Shown: positions 49,707 to 62,804, counted from the first letter of the stretch. The stretch is DNA of 64,000 bases from Amoebidium appalachense (GCA_963693365.1 CAVNZM010000016.1:1433538-1497537); one strand, 5' to 3'. The notes: generated from the sequence alone by a model not told the origin. Translations and numbers: made by a program.

Positions 49707-50299
49707 TTTTTCCTTCTTCTTCTTCGTGTTTTGGGGGGGTGGGGGGGTAAGAAGGGGTACAGCATACTTGTACACTTGACCTGTTGGCCCGAGGGAGACA
49801 CTGAAAAATGTGTATCTTTTCCCTATCATGATGTTGACAGACGAAACATGTCCGGGAGCCCTTAATTAATGGAGGGTTGTGCTGTTGGTGGACCAGGGGG
49901 GGGAGGGGGGGGGAGGGGGGAGGGGGGGGGGGGGGGGGGAAGGGGGGGAGGGGGGAGGGGGGAGGGGGGCGGGGAGTAAGCAAAAGCATGAACCGTTGAA
50001 TTCAAACATCACAAACAAAAACTGGGGTACAGCAAGTAACGAAAATGGCCTAAATGCACTACTGTTTGAAGTCTGGGGGATCCGGCCTCTGGGGTGATCG
50101 AGTTAAAAAGTGTTATCTGCTGATAGGCAGTTTAACGGTGGGGTTAGAGGGGAAGGGGAATTTCGGGGTGTTGCCAAAAGGGACGGGGGAAGGGGGGGGG
50201 GAAGGGGGTTCGCAGTAGAATATTTTTCCCATTCATCTAAGTTGCCGTTTATTCCCCCCCCTCCCCCCAACAAAAGGGGGGGGGGGGGGGGGGGATGGG

Positions 50300-50340
<41 letters not shown>

Positions 50341-51393
50341 GGAGAGGGCCCCTTGAAACGTTTAAAGGGTTTCTTTTTCTTTGAGTTTCTTTCTTAGATT
50401 TGCTTTTCTTTTTCTTTCTTTCTTGCCGTATACGTTAACCCCAACCAAAAATTATGAGGTGCAAGCGATTCTTTGCGGAAACAAGGTGGGGTCGGAGGTT
50501 TGGGAATGGTGGTGGTGGTGGTGGGTTTTTTCTTTTTTTTTGGGAGAGGGGGGGGGGAGGGGGGGGAGGGGGGGGGGGGGGGAGGGGAAGAAGGGGGGGG
50601 GGGGGGGGGGGGGAAGAGGGGTCTATCAGGATCTATGCCACGAAAAACGGTCAAAAGATATTCAGCGTACCTATGCTGACGAAAATCGTGCACACACTGT
50701 CAGATAATGTACATACACGGCGTGTGTGTGTATGCATGTGTGTGTGTTGGTGGGGGGAAGGGGGATGGGGGGGAAGGGTTGGGGGGGGGGGGGGGGGGGG
50801 GGGGGGTGGACGGACATGGGGAGTATACATGGGGAGTAAACTAATTTAATGCTAACTTTTGGGATTATGTTTGTTAAAAAATTTGTAGCCCCCCCCCCCA
50901 TCCCCCCCCCCCCCCCCCCCCCGGGGGGGAGCCTTTTGTCCTAGGTGTGCGGCCAGGTGTGTCGCATTGCTTGCCACTTGCTACTGTTTACACATAAGCT
51001 TGTTCAAACAACATGCTATGCCATTTACAAGTTGCTACAAACCTCATGAGATGGGAAACTGTGACAGACACCAAGTAGGTTAAAATTTAAAAAAGACGGT
51101 GGGCCTCTTTGGGAGCAAAATATCCGTACCCTATTACACGTTTACGGCTATAGCTAGCTAGTATTAAAAATTCTGAGTGTCACATGCCCGTTCACTCTCT
51201 CCAGTCAAAAAGAAAAAGAAAACCCCTAAAAGTGAGGCTCCATTTAAAAATGACGACTTGCTCATCGCCTCCTAAAGTTTATCAACTTGTCTTGCATTGT
51301 CTTCTTAGCGGATTGTTTTTCTACTGTTGTGTTTTTAACCGTTAGCACCGTGGCAACTTATCAGTTCTCATCAGAGTGAAAATCAGCTCCTAA

Positions 51394-51860
51394 AAGGCTG
51401 CTGAAAGTGATCACAATGAGACCGGATCCCCAAAACCGAAAAGAAGAAGAAGGGACTTCTAGGTCTTTTCTGCAAGTTCAAGTAAGAAAAAAATGTGAAG
51501 AACTGTGCAGGCTTCAGTCTTCAGCCCATTTTACTTGGAATCCGAAGCTCTCTCTATTCTTTTTTTTTTTACGTACTGCTGAATAACTTTTCACACTTCA
51601 CACGATGCGAAAAAATCAGTTTAGCAAGCTTGTTTGGATGCGACTAGTTGTATAATGTGTCAGACTATGGGTAACCTTTTGCTTGGTCTTTTAAAGATTG
51701 GTAAAATTAGGTAGCTTACACGTGCATCTGCCGAAGTGCTATATCTTCTGAACGATGCCATAGTCTGGTTACATTAATTAGCATGTAGTGTAAGCACTAT
51801 TTCACTGGCTCCTTGTGTTTCTGCCTTCTTAACTACATGAAGACTACTTCCGTAAAGGAA
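51394..51860 (+). pseudogene. Decayed duplicate of the Ras 3' end and 3' UTR
   Basis: KAAESDHNETGS, a 1-bp deletion, then KTEKKKKGLLGLFCKFK* (TAA 51483-51485); downstream sequence aligns with 48350-48690. Confidence 0.85.
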
Positions 51861-52261
51861 CCCTCCCTCCCCCCCTCCCCCCCCCCCTTTCCCCCCGCCC
51901 CAAATGAATATTCAATACTTACCCCCCCCCCCCCCCCCCCTCTCCCCCCTTCCTCCCCATTTTCCCTCAACCCCCCCCCCCCCCCTCCCCCCAAAAAAAA
52001 ACAAAACAAAAAAAACAGAAAAATACCCCCGCTCTCCCATGCCTTCCCCTCTCAAAGCTTCCATTATCTGGTGGTGTGGCGGAAAAAAGCATGCCCGGGT
52101 TGCGAATTAGGACGTAGCGGGAACTGGCGTACCGACTACCCTACTCCTGGGTTTAAGTCAGAATAACGGACGGTTAGGGAGCATCGTCTTTTCACATTGT
52201 TGAGTTTTCTTGTTTTTGGTGGTGGTGGTGGTGGTCCATGTTGTGGCTGGGGGCGGGCGGG

Positions 52262-52305
<44 letters not shown>

Positions 52306-52345
52306 GCGAGTGGTTAGTTTCGACGGAGGGGAACCCACTTTTTTT

Positions 52346-52381
<36 letters not shown>

Positions 52382-52512
52382 GGTGGGAAGGAGGGGGGGG
52401 GGGGGGGGGGGGGGGGGACGGAGAGTGGCCGTCTCAAACTTGCCAGCGTGTCGAATAGTCTGGGGGTTGGGGATTCATAATCGACCACCCCCCCCCCCCC
52501 CCCCCCTTCCCC

Positions 52513-52785
52513 CCCGCAAGCATGGGGCTAACAACGTGAGTCTTTTTATTTCATGTATATACCTAATAGTATAATGTGGTTTCCGATAAATTGGTCATGT
52601 AGCCCACTCGCTTCCCCCTCCCCCCCCCTCCCCCCCCCCCCCCCCCTTCCCCCCCCCCCCCCCCCCCCCCCCTTCCCCCCGCAAGCATGGGGCTAACAAC
52701 GTGAGTCTTTTTATTTCATGTATATACCTAATAGTATAATGTGGTTTCCGATAAATTGGTCATGTAGCCCACTCGCTTCCTCCCT
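52513..52785. repeat. ~165-bp perfect tandem duplication bounded by poly-C
   Basis: CCCGCAAGCATGGGGCTAAC...GCCCACTCGCTTCC occurs twice. Confidence 0.9.
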
Positions 52786-53217
52786 CCCCCCCTCCCCCCC
52801 CCCCCCCCCCCTCCCCCCCCCCCCCCTCTCCCTCCCTCCCCTTCCCTTTTGCCCCTTCCTCGCAAACCCCCCCCCCCCTCCCTTTTCCCCCCCTGCAAAA
52901 AAAAGAAAAAGAAAAACAAATCGAAAGAAAGAAAGAAAGAAAAAGAAACATAACAAAAACTGGTCAGAAAGTAACGAAAACGGCCTGAATGCGCTGCTGT
53001 CTAATGTCTGGGGATCTTCGGTGCTATTTAGTCAAAAAGTGTTCACTGCTAGCACTGATCGTGAGGGGCAGTTTTTTTTTTTTTTTTTTTTTTTTTTTTC
53101 CCCAAAGTTTTCTTTCCTCTTTTTTTTTTTTTTTTTTTCTTTTGGGGGGGGGGGGGGGGAGGGCTCACAATGGGATGAAGTTTTGCATTTGGTTGCCGGT
53201 TATCATATGGCACATAA

Positions 53218-53251
<34 letters not shown>

Positions 53252-53560
53252 CCTCCCCCCCCTCCCCCCCCCCCCCCCCCCCTCCCCCCCTCCCCCCACC
53301 CCCCCCCCCTCCCCAGCCCCTCCCACCCCTCCAATAAAGAGGGGCGTGGGGGGAGGGGGTGGGTGTGGGTGTGTGTGTGTGGGGGGGGGGGGGGGGGGGG
53401 GGGGGGGGATTGGAAGGTGGGGGGTTTCTTTGAGGTTCTTGAATTTTTGAAGCTTTTTTCCCCGACCATTTTTTTGTGCTTCTCTTTTTCTTTGTTTCTT
53501 ATACGTTATCCCCTACCAAATTTTGATTAGGTGCAAACAAGTCTTAAGGGCCTTAAGGTG

Positions 53561-53601
<41 letters not shown>

Positions 53602-53748
53602 CTTGCACTTAGGGGGTGGGTGGACAGGTGGAATTGGGGGGGGGGGGGGTCTATTAGAATATATGCCACGGAAGATGGCTGAAAGTTATTCAATGCACGT
53701 ATGGTGACAGCAATCGCACACATGCGCACACAGAATAACTGCACACAC

Positions 53749-53793
<45 letters not shown>

Positions 53794-54981
53794 TTGGAGG
53801 GGAGGTCGGGGGAGGTTGAGGGAGGGGGGGGGGGGAGGGGGGATTTAACTGTGCTATAATATTGCCAGACGGTGCAGTCATGTGCGTGGGGGAGAAGGGG
53901 GTGTATACATAGTTTGTGGACGGTGTACTTATTCACTGTCAAGTTCGGATTGTGTTTCATTAAGATTCGGTAGCCCCCCCCCCCCCCCCCTCCTCCCCCC
54001 CCCCCCTCCCCTCCCCCCTCCTCCCCCCCCCCCCCCCCCCCCCCCCCCCCCGCCCCTCCGCCCAGCCATCTGTATTTGGTATGCACGCCTGTGTGTCAAA
54101 CTTTGTTGCCAATTGCTGCTGTTTACACAGAAGCTTGTTCAAACAACATTATGCCTTAGTAAGTTACAATTTGCTAATATCTCACGAAATGGAAAACCTA
54201 CCAAATGGGGGAAAATTGCTTTTAAAAAAACGTTGTGACGGCGGGGCTCTCAGGTGAGCAAAACCTCCGTGCTCCATTTACACCTTTACGGCTAGTATGA
54301 AAAATTCTGAGTGTCACCAGGTACTTTCACTCTTTCCGACTAATGTAAAAAAAACCCCCAAAAGTGAGGCTCCATTTAAAAATGACGACTTTCTGATCGT
54401 CTCTAAATCAAGCTTTCTCTTCTATTGTCTTCTTAGCGGATTATTGTTCTACAGTTGTGTTTTTCACCGTTAGCAGAAACCGCGGCAACTTATAAGTCCT
54501 CATTAGAGTGAAAATCTGCTCCTGAGTCGCATCAAACAGCCCAGCCATTTCTTGCGCCGCTACACCCTGGGTTCCGGCCTGTGTTGGAATTTCGGTGGTG
54601 TGGCAGCCATTTTCGAGATCCCTGCCTTTGGTGTCGATTGAATTTTTGCTGATTCAAAATTTATACGTGCGGCATGCTGTTGCTCCTGCCACACGGCGAG
54701 ATTGTGTGTGCAAACTCTTGCGCAGACGTCGACACCGTGTACTCTTTTATTCCCCCACCCTATTTTGTGGATATCACTGAACACTTTGAAGAGGTATGTG
54801 TGTGCACGTGTACACATAGAAGTGGGTTCCTGTAGTGCACTCTGTCGACACAAACGGTTATGTTCGTGCCCGGCAGTTACAGGCAGTAGGCAGCAGTGTG
54901 TACACAATATAGCATGTGACTGGTAGTGCTTAGGTGCGCTGTGTGTGCTTGTATGCATGTTGTGGTAGTTGCAGGTGTCAT

Positions 54982-55073
<92 letters not shown>

Positions 55074-55461
55074 GTGTGTGTGTGTGTCACGTGTGTGTGT
55101 GCATGTGTGTGTGTGTGCGCGCGTGTGTGCATGCTGTCGCGTGTGTGGGCGCGTGCATGCGTGTTTTCGTGTGTGCATGTGAGTGTGCGCGTGTGCATGT
55201 GCGTGTGCTTGTGTGCACTTGTATGTGTGTGTCTGTCTGATTCTCTCTCTGTGTGTCTGGTGTATGTGATTGTGTTTATTTGTGTGTGTGTGCATGTGTT
55301 TTTGGTGCGCACGTGTCACCACATGTCTTCAAAGATGGCTTCACGAAAGATTTCGGTGCGTGACGGCTTGTTTGCATACGTGTTTGTGCGCCGTATTGAT
55401 TGGTTGTGTTCTCTGCAAAAGGTGTCGGTCAGCAGGGGGTGGTAGTGGTGGGGCACACAGT

Positions 55462-55540
<79 letters not shown>

Positions 55541-56026
55541 GTGGGGAAGGGGGGGGGGAGGGGGGGGGGGGGGGGGGGGGAAAGAAGACGTTTGAGGGAC
55601 AAATGGAATGAAATAAAGTTTCAAATTGGCTTTATTGATACACAAAGACTTGCCCAGTGCGTTAAAACTACTTGTTGTGTACGGCTCCTAGCTCACAGAG
55701 AACAAGTAGTACGGGCAGTAAGTCATATTTCGTATACGTACATTCATTCAACTCTTTCCCCGTGTCTTTGTTATACATGCACATGTTAGCTTATGGCAAC
55801 CATTAACCCGTGTACTTTCAAAGCCCGTTTAGGGTTTTCCTCGGTGTCGTATTGTTGCGTTTAGTTGTTCCCGGCGAAAGGCAAAAGTACTGATGTTGCA
55901 TCCACACGTGACATAGTTCACATGCACTTCGAAAAAATACAAGTTATGTCACACGGCGAAAGTCCTCTCTCCATCGGAGAAGGAAGCCCGTTTGTTCGAT
56001 TGAAACATGCCCAGCGATTCGCTGCT

Positions 56027-56356
56027 TTAGGCATGAGAAGAGAGCTGAGAGTCTGAGTCAGCCTGCACGCCCCTATTGCGGTACATGTAGTAGCCGGCAG
56101 CCCCGAGGAGCGCAACACCCGCAGCGGCGCCGGCGGCAGCCCCAACAGCCGCGCCGGTAGAAGTGCTTCCTGAGGACCCTGTGGAGTGGGCAGCGGTGCT
56201 GACTGGGGTGGGGACAAGCACGTCGTTGGCCTGAACTGCAGCAGCACTGGGGGCAATGTGGTCGGTGGGTGCAGGTGACACGGCCTCCTCAACTTCAACA
56301 TTGGCGGCGGCGGAAAGGGCAGCGAGAGCCGCAACGAAAATGGCCTTCGCAAGCAT
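56027..56356 (-). CDS. Small single-pass membrane protein (signal peptide, A/S/T/P stalk, TM), 109 aa
   Basis: MLAKAIFVAALAALSAAA signal; TM GAAVGAAAGAAAGVALLGAAGYYMY followed by RNR; TATAAAA at ~56440-56446 and several CCAAT boxes upstream. Confidence 0.8.
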   Translation of the reverse strand: MLAKAIFVAALAALSAAANVEVEEAVSPAPTDHIAPSAAAVQANDVLVPTPVSTAAHSTGSSGSTSTGAAVGAAAGAAAGVALLGAAGYYMYRNRGVQADSDSQLSSHA

Positions 56357-57570
56357 TTTTCTTGGCTTTGTGTTGGGAAAAGAAGTAGATGATGTCGTCA
56401 GTTCAAGTTCAGATTGAGCATTTCTTGGCATGCTGGGCATTTTTATAGGCGCGGGCTGTGGATGGCATGTAAATTATGATTGGTGAGCTGATAGCTTCAG
56501 GTCGTGGTTTATGATTGGTTGAGGGTCGGTTAAGGCGGCCGATTGGTCAATCGGGCGGATAGAAGTATCCAATAGGGATCCTAGGAAACAATGGAATGCG
56601 CTGGTCACCATGCCGGTCTTTGAAGGCATTCGAGCCTTGCTGCCTGTCATATCGCTGTGGGTTTTCGGGGGCCTATAATACCGGTCCAAATTAATATATA
56701 GAATAAATAATTACTCTATTTTTTAAATATGATGAAATCCATGCTTTTGTGGCAACAGAAACGCTGGGTCTAGCGCAACCACGTGACCTACTGTGACCAC
56801 GCTATCAACTTCCCACGCCAGATCTGCCTCCGCGGCAACGCCCAAAGATACATCACAGCAGGTTTGCTTTGATTGGCTAAAGCCATTTATACCTACAGGA
56901 CGCGAGAGTGGAATAATGCTGTATTGTATGGAAAATAAGTCATCATAGAACTTTATCAGCTGGCTGTGCATATATTCGTACTTTAGGCATGGAATCATTA
57001 TATTTACCTGCATATGCATTTTGTATGCGTAAGGTTCGCTCCGCCGATAGTCATCACACTTGGTCCAAACACCATCTCATCTCGGCCGTCGACTTGGAAC
57101 ACTGGAAGTAAAGTCAGCTCTGCATCTTACCGCAACACTTAGCCAATGAATGAAAAGCAGTTTGATGACGTCGGTTGTAAGATCCTGCCTGATAGCCACT
57201 TACCTTCCCCTCGAATTTGCTACTGATTCGTTTCAGAACATTTGTAAAAGCCATATGGAATCCATTCAACCACTCTAGCTACATAGGCCGAATCAATGCT
57301 TTGATTGTTGTGCCTGTAAGAGCCAAAAAAGGTGTGCCGATTCTACACATTCCGACAAAAACGTTCCTGTACTCCTATTGGATACCTAGATCTAAATTAG
57401 ATGCCGAAAGTCTGCACCAATCATATCTCAGATTCTTTCGATAATGGAACATATATAGACTTAGGACACCGAGAGTCTCTCTCAGTCGTCAAAACCACAA
57501 CCACATCATGCGCCGGATCATCAACGCGTATTATCAAAGTTCAAAACCATCCGTTTTTTATCACATAAAA

Positions 57571-57792
57571 ATGCTGAGCAAAGTTTTTTTCGTTGCGGCC
57601 CTCGCTGCCTTTACCGCCGCCGCCAATGTTGAAGTTGAGGAGGCCGTGTCGCCTGCACCCACCGACCACATTGCCCCCAGTGCTGCTGCAGTTCAGGCCA
57701 ACGACGTTATTGTACCCACCCTTGTCAGCACAGCTGCTCCCTCCTCAACTTCAACATTGGCGGCGGCGGAAAAGGCAGCGAGGGCTACCTGA
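57571..57792 (+). pseudogene. Inverted paralog of the 56027-56356 gene, truncated by a fold-back duplication
   Basis: MLSKVFFVAALAAFTAAANVEVEEAVSPAPTDHIAPSAAAVQAND...VSTAA matches the paralog, then switches to the reverse complement of its own 5' part; TM is lost. Confidence 0.75.
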
Positions 57793-58341
57793 GTAACGTC
57801 GTGGCACAGAGCAAACAAGCTGAGCAAACCCGAGTCTTCATGTCCGCCCCACCCTCCTCTTTGTTGCCTCCGCCGCCGGTCACAAGCGAGTCGTCGAATT
57901 TCTTCCCGCGTATGGGGTTTTCTCTTCTGTAAATGTGACTGTTGCCCAGAAGGTCGCGCTCTGTAACGGCCACACGAGTTTGGCGCATTCGTCCGTGTAT
58001 GCCCTACCCGTAGCAAGCGATGAAACCGACAACGGTGATGGCCATGTTTTCTTCGCCTCCATAAACCCACATTCATGCCCTCACTATCCGTCAGTGACGG
58101 ACGCAGGTGAGAGGACAGCGCGCCCTCTGTTTGTGCTTCTGGTTGAGTGTCCTGCGTTGAACGACCCCGTGCGTCTCCCCGGCATCCAGGGTAGTTTGGA
58201 AAACTACCTCCGCTTTCCACTTCCCATGCAACAATGAACACCCAGCAGCTACTTAACCATCCGACATTTACGAATCCACTCTGCAAGCCACTGAGTGCTT
58301 CTCCACTGCAGGATATCAAACCGGCCAGGCACGCTACTTGA

Positions 58342-59870
58342 GTGAGCAAAAGCTTTCCGGGCATTGCTCCTTTTGTCCTTCAACAAATGGTAACCGATCC
58401 CAAACCGGGCGACACTAAGCAGCGGCTTCTAGGAGAACTGATGTCCGGGGCCGATTCTAGTGATGATGCCGAGATCCGCACAGGAGCGGTTTTAGAGATG
58501 TTCTCTGGGTTGGAGTGCGAAGAATTTTCCTCCTGGGTGATAAGGTTTGCCGAGTCTGGAGAGTGGGATGTTATGCGTTGCCAACTCACGTTGTTGGAGG
58601 CGCCTGTGTTTTGCAGCAACGACGGCACCAAGCGCGGCTTCACGGGAAATTTTTTGCAAATAATCGTTTTCAACGTGATCAAGAAGGTATTTATGGCCCA
58701 GCATTCTGACATGCTGGAGTACCTGCTTGGCCAAGAAACGGTGGTGGGGTGGGCGGCACAGCAAGCCGTAAACAGCCCAAAATTGCTGGAAATCGTCTGT
58801 GGGTCAACAGGCAAGCTAAACCCCGCCCAGCTAGAGTGCGTGGATGTGTTGCTTAGCCATCACGGATTCACGGGCACACCGAAGCAAGGGGTTCCCAAAG
58901 CAATTCGGCTTCCACCAAGCGCCCCACCCGGCATCTCAACCACGATGGCGTGGCGGCAAGCGATTGTGGCGCTCGTCAACCCCAAGGGGAAGGCGGATGC
59001 GGCGAAGATTCTTCAGAAGATTGAGCAACAGCAGGCACGTGGGCTGCTCGGCCAAGATTCCACAGCGACATTCAGCATGGCGCTCTCGTTTGCCGCTAGC
59101 GTTAAGAAGTGGGACCTGGTCGAGTTGCTTTTGTCGCCAAAGGGAAAGGCGCAGCGCCTGTTGTGAGAAACCTTGCGCGCCCGCAGCGGGTGAACGGTGT
59201 TAGCGCGGATGGAACGTGTCTTCTCATTCGGGTTCTGAGGGAGTACAAGGACTCCAGATTGGCCATGCGACTCCTTGACGCCTACCCAATCGACTTCGCG
59301 GACCACAACATCGAGTTTTTCTCCCTTGTCCTATCGTTCCCCTCCCCATTCCCCGCCGAGGTTCTCACCAAACTCTACTCCCCCACCGACGCCAACCAAC
59401 AACACGCATGTGTTCCCCAAGATAACGAGGAAAGGTTCAGACTGCATCTGCTTGCCGCCGGCAACAAAGACGAAGCAACTATTCTCCCTATTCTTCAACA
59501 CGTTCTGCCCCTCCACCACCGCGACCCCCAGGCGAAGTTTTCCTCTTTCCTCCGTCGCTTTATCAACTATATTGGTGACGGCGTGGACGACGGAACGCTC
59601 CGTGGCCTCCGGAAGGCGCCAGAATGGTTTAAAGAATGCGAGGTGACTCCAGCGTTAGCGTTCGAGGCGTTTAATTGCGCGTCCAAGTGCACGTGCAAGA
59701 CACGTGACATGGGGGAAATGGCAAAACTCATGGGGGTTTTGCTTGAGGATGCGAGATTTACCACAAGCAGGGGGAGGTGGAGATTGCGTGGTTGCTTCAC
59801 TGCATGAGGCGATATGGGGAGGTGTATGAGAAGTTGTGAGAATGTGCCCTGACCAAAATATGCCACCTGT
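58342..59870 (+). pseudogene. Frameshifted helical-repeat (ankyrin-like) protein of unknown function
   Basis: Overlapping long ORFs 58342-59166 and 59109-59807 with GC-balanced coding-like composition; motifs MLEYLLGQ, CVDVLLSH, ALSFAASVKKWDLVELLLS. Start codon and any introns are unresolved. Confidence 0.45.
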
Positions 59871-60134
59871 GTTTGTGGAGTCGATGACGATGGTGGTGAG
59901 CGGCGTGTGAAGAGAGAATAGAGAGATGACGAGGTATGTATGGTGGTGTGTGTGGTTGGCAGAGTCTTTTTTGTTCTTTTTCTTCTTCTTTTCTTTTCTT
60001 TTCTTTTCTTTTTCTTTTTTTTTTTTTTTTGGGGGGGGGGGGGGGGGAGTTGGGGAGGGTTAGCTGTATCGATGTGTGTTTCAGGTGAATCAATCGGAAA
60101 TTTGCATGTAGGAGTCTAATTGATACTTGATGAG

Positions 60135-60950
60135 GGAGAAAGGGGCTGGGTGGTGGGTTGGTTTGAATTGTCTCGTGAGGGGAGAAAGAGGGGAAAGGGG
60201 GGTGGGGGGGGGGGGGGGGGGGGGGGGGAGAGGAGGAAGGGGGGAAAGAGGGAGGAGGGTGTTGAGGAGTGGAGATGATGTGGGGAGGGGGGCAGGGGGA
60301 GGAAGGGGGGGGGGGGGGGGGGGGGGGGGGATTGTTGTGATACAGTGTATGCTGACCATTCGAAGAAGGAAGGGGCTCTGGAAGTTTTCTTCCAGTGCTT
60401 GTTGAGGGGGGGGAAGGGGGGGGGGGGGGGGGGGGGGGGGGAGGGGAGGGGAGGGGTAGGTAGTGAGCGGGGAGGGGCAATGAAACTGAGGGGCTGGGTG
60501 GTGGGTTGGTTTTGATCGCATTGGAAGGGGGGGGAAGGGGGAAGGGGGGGGGGGGGGGGGGGGGGGGGGGGGATTGTTGTGATACAGTGTATGCTGACCA
60601 TTCGAAGAAGGGAAGGGGCTCTGGAAGTTTTCTTCCAGTGCTTGGTGAGGGGGGGAAGGGGGGGGGGGGGGGGGGGGGGGGGGGAGGGGAGGGGAGGGGT
60701 AGGTAGTGAGCGGGGAGGGGCAATGAAACTGAGGGGCTGGGTGGTGGGTTGGTTTTGATCGCATTGGAAGGGGGGGAAGGGGAAGGGGGGGGGGGGGGGG
60801 GGGGGGGGTCTTTGAAGCAGTGGGGATGGCGGGAGAGGCGTGGTGGTGGTGGTGGTGGTGGTGGTGGTGTGTGGGGGGGGGGGGGGGGGGGGGGGGGGAT
60901 TGTTGTGTTACAGTGTGTGCTTGAGTTTTAGGCATTCGGAAGAGAGTTGA
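60135..60950. repeat. ~240-bp tandem repeat (2 full copies plus partial ones) punctuated by poly-G
   Basis: ATTGTTGTGATACAGTGTATGCTGACCATTCG at 60331 and 60573; diverged start at 60899. Confidence 0.85.
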
Positions 60951-61047
60951 ACGGGTACATAAAAGACTAGGAGTGTTCGGTGAAGGGGGGGAAGGAGCGG
61001 TTATCATCCCTATGATGGTCGGGGTGGGCTTTTGAAGAAGGGTGGGG

Positions 61048-61087
<40 letters not shown>

Positions 61088-61277
61088 GGGGGGGGGGGGG
61101 AGATAAATGAGACTGGTGAACGGGAGTAGTTGGTGATATCTTTCTTAATGCTGGATGCTTTGTGTTCTTCTGTGTGTGCTTTGTAGAGACGTGGGATGCT
61201 TGAATGTGTGAGGGGAGGGGGTTTATGGGTGGTACATGTTGTGTGTTATGGAGTTTAGTATGTGTTGTTTGAAGGGG

Positions 61278-61308
<31 letters not shown>

Positions 61309-61386
61309 GGGGGGGGGGGATAAGGGAGGGTGGGGGGAGGGACAAGGATAGAAAGGGGAGAGGAACGGTGGAGAAGGGAGGGGGTT

Positions 61387-61428
<42 letters not shown>

Positions 61429-62804
61429 AGGCTCGTTGCTGTATGTTTATTACAGCCTTGTGACTGTTTACGGTAGTGTTTGGATGTGTTTGGAGGTTGA
61501 AGCGATGCAAAAAACTTTGTGTCGGCTTCTAGAAAGAAAGCTTGTGTGGGCTATGCGTGTGCGAGCATGTGGATGGTGTGAATCTAGGCTTGTACCATTT
61601 ATGGAAATAATGCAGGCAAACTGATTGAGTTATTCTTTGCAGTGTGTCTGGATAGGACTGCTGTGGTTGGTTACGGCACATACTTGCGTCTTAAACGACT
61701 GCTGTTATTGGTTGGCTGCTACGATCGGAGAGGTGGCACACATTCTATTGGCTGATACAACCTGGGGCTTGTTTACACGGGCAGCTGCACCCCGAGCTAG
61801 GATTGGCTCGCTATTAATAACCCTTCAACCATTATTTACTGTTTTTCGTGCGCGGAAAATGGATCTGGTTTTGTTTCTGCACGTGCGACTGGTTTTATTT
61901 TGTTTCTCCGCAGGCGACGTGATTTTATTGGCTACCACAACGCGAAATGTTTTGAATTCCTCGGATGGGAGACGTTTTTGGTTTCTACGCGCGAGTCGAC
62001 ATGGTTTTATTGGCTACGAATCCCGATATACTAGTTCTTGACTTTCGGGCGCGGTTCGTTTTTACTGGTTACAACGCGCGATATTTTATTTAGTATTCAA
62101 ATTTTCATCATCAGTGGATGTACACGAAGGCATGAGCCGCATGACTGACCGCCATGTGCAACGGACGGGTTTCATTGGCTACCGCTCTTTAAGACACTGC
62201 TTTTGATTGGCTGCATTGAAATCGGCAGGCTGCACGACTTGCACATTGGCTACGTATGAGCACGTGTGGGTGTTGAAACGGATATGCACCTGCAATGCAT
62301 GTTTTTCCAGTGTACGTACATGTGTTTTTTTTCTTTTGGGTATAAACGTATGCTTGTTTAAAGTGTTTAAGTTTGGAATTTTCAATTTACTGCGTACCGT
62401 ACGGGTGTACATACGTCACTAGCTGCATTTGATTGGCTGCGCTGGAAAACACAGTAGGCCGTCAAGTGAGGCTGGGCCCCTGACGCTGTCCGTAGCAATA
62501 AATAGTGCGTAAACCCCCAATTTCAAATGTTTAAGTTTGTTTTTCAAAGCATGCTTCTCGACACAGGCATAATTTAGATTGTATGTTGTTGCTTTCGATT
62601 TGCTTATTGGCTCGGCTCAGCCAAGTGCCCCCCGGGCACGGTCATTAGAAGCGTACACATACCATGGCATGCACTGCCTCTCTACGAATATATTCCAAAT
62701 AAACACACCACACGAAGAAAACCCCTCTACCCTATCCTCCCCCTCCACTATCCTCAATGCGTGGGCGTGTGTTTGTGTACGTGTGTGTGTGTGGGTGTGG
62801 GTGT

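Larger units (their letters stand above)
48257..54521. repeat. Old ~3.1 kb tandem segmental duplication
   Basis: 48257-48830 matches 51394-52090, and 50014-51390 matches 52952-54521 (both end ...AGAGTGAAAATC(A/T)GCTCC). Confidence 0.75.

Noticed and set aside
51381-51485. Duplicated Ras tail as a functional alternative last exon
   Set aside because: A 1-bp deletion puts a TGA (51417-51419) in the tail frame, and the Ras ORF is complete without splicing.
52177-54521. PIF/Harbinger MITE with GGAGCA...TTTTCAC termini
   Set aside because: The inverted match is weak and TSDs disagree; better explained as part of the 3.1-kb tandem duplication, though not excluded.
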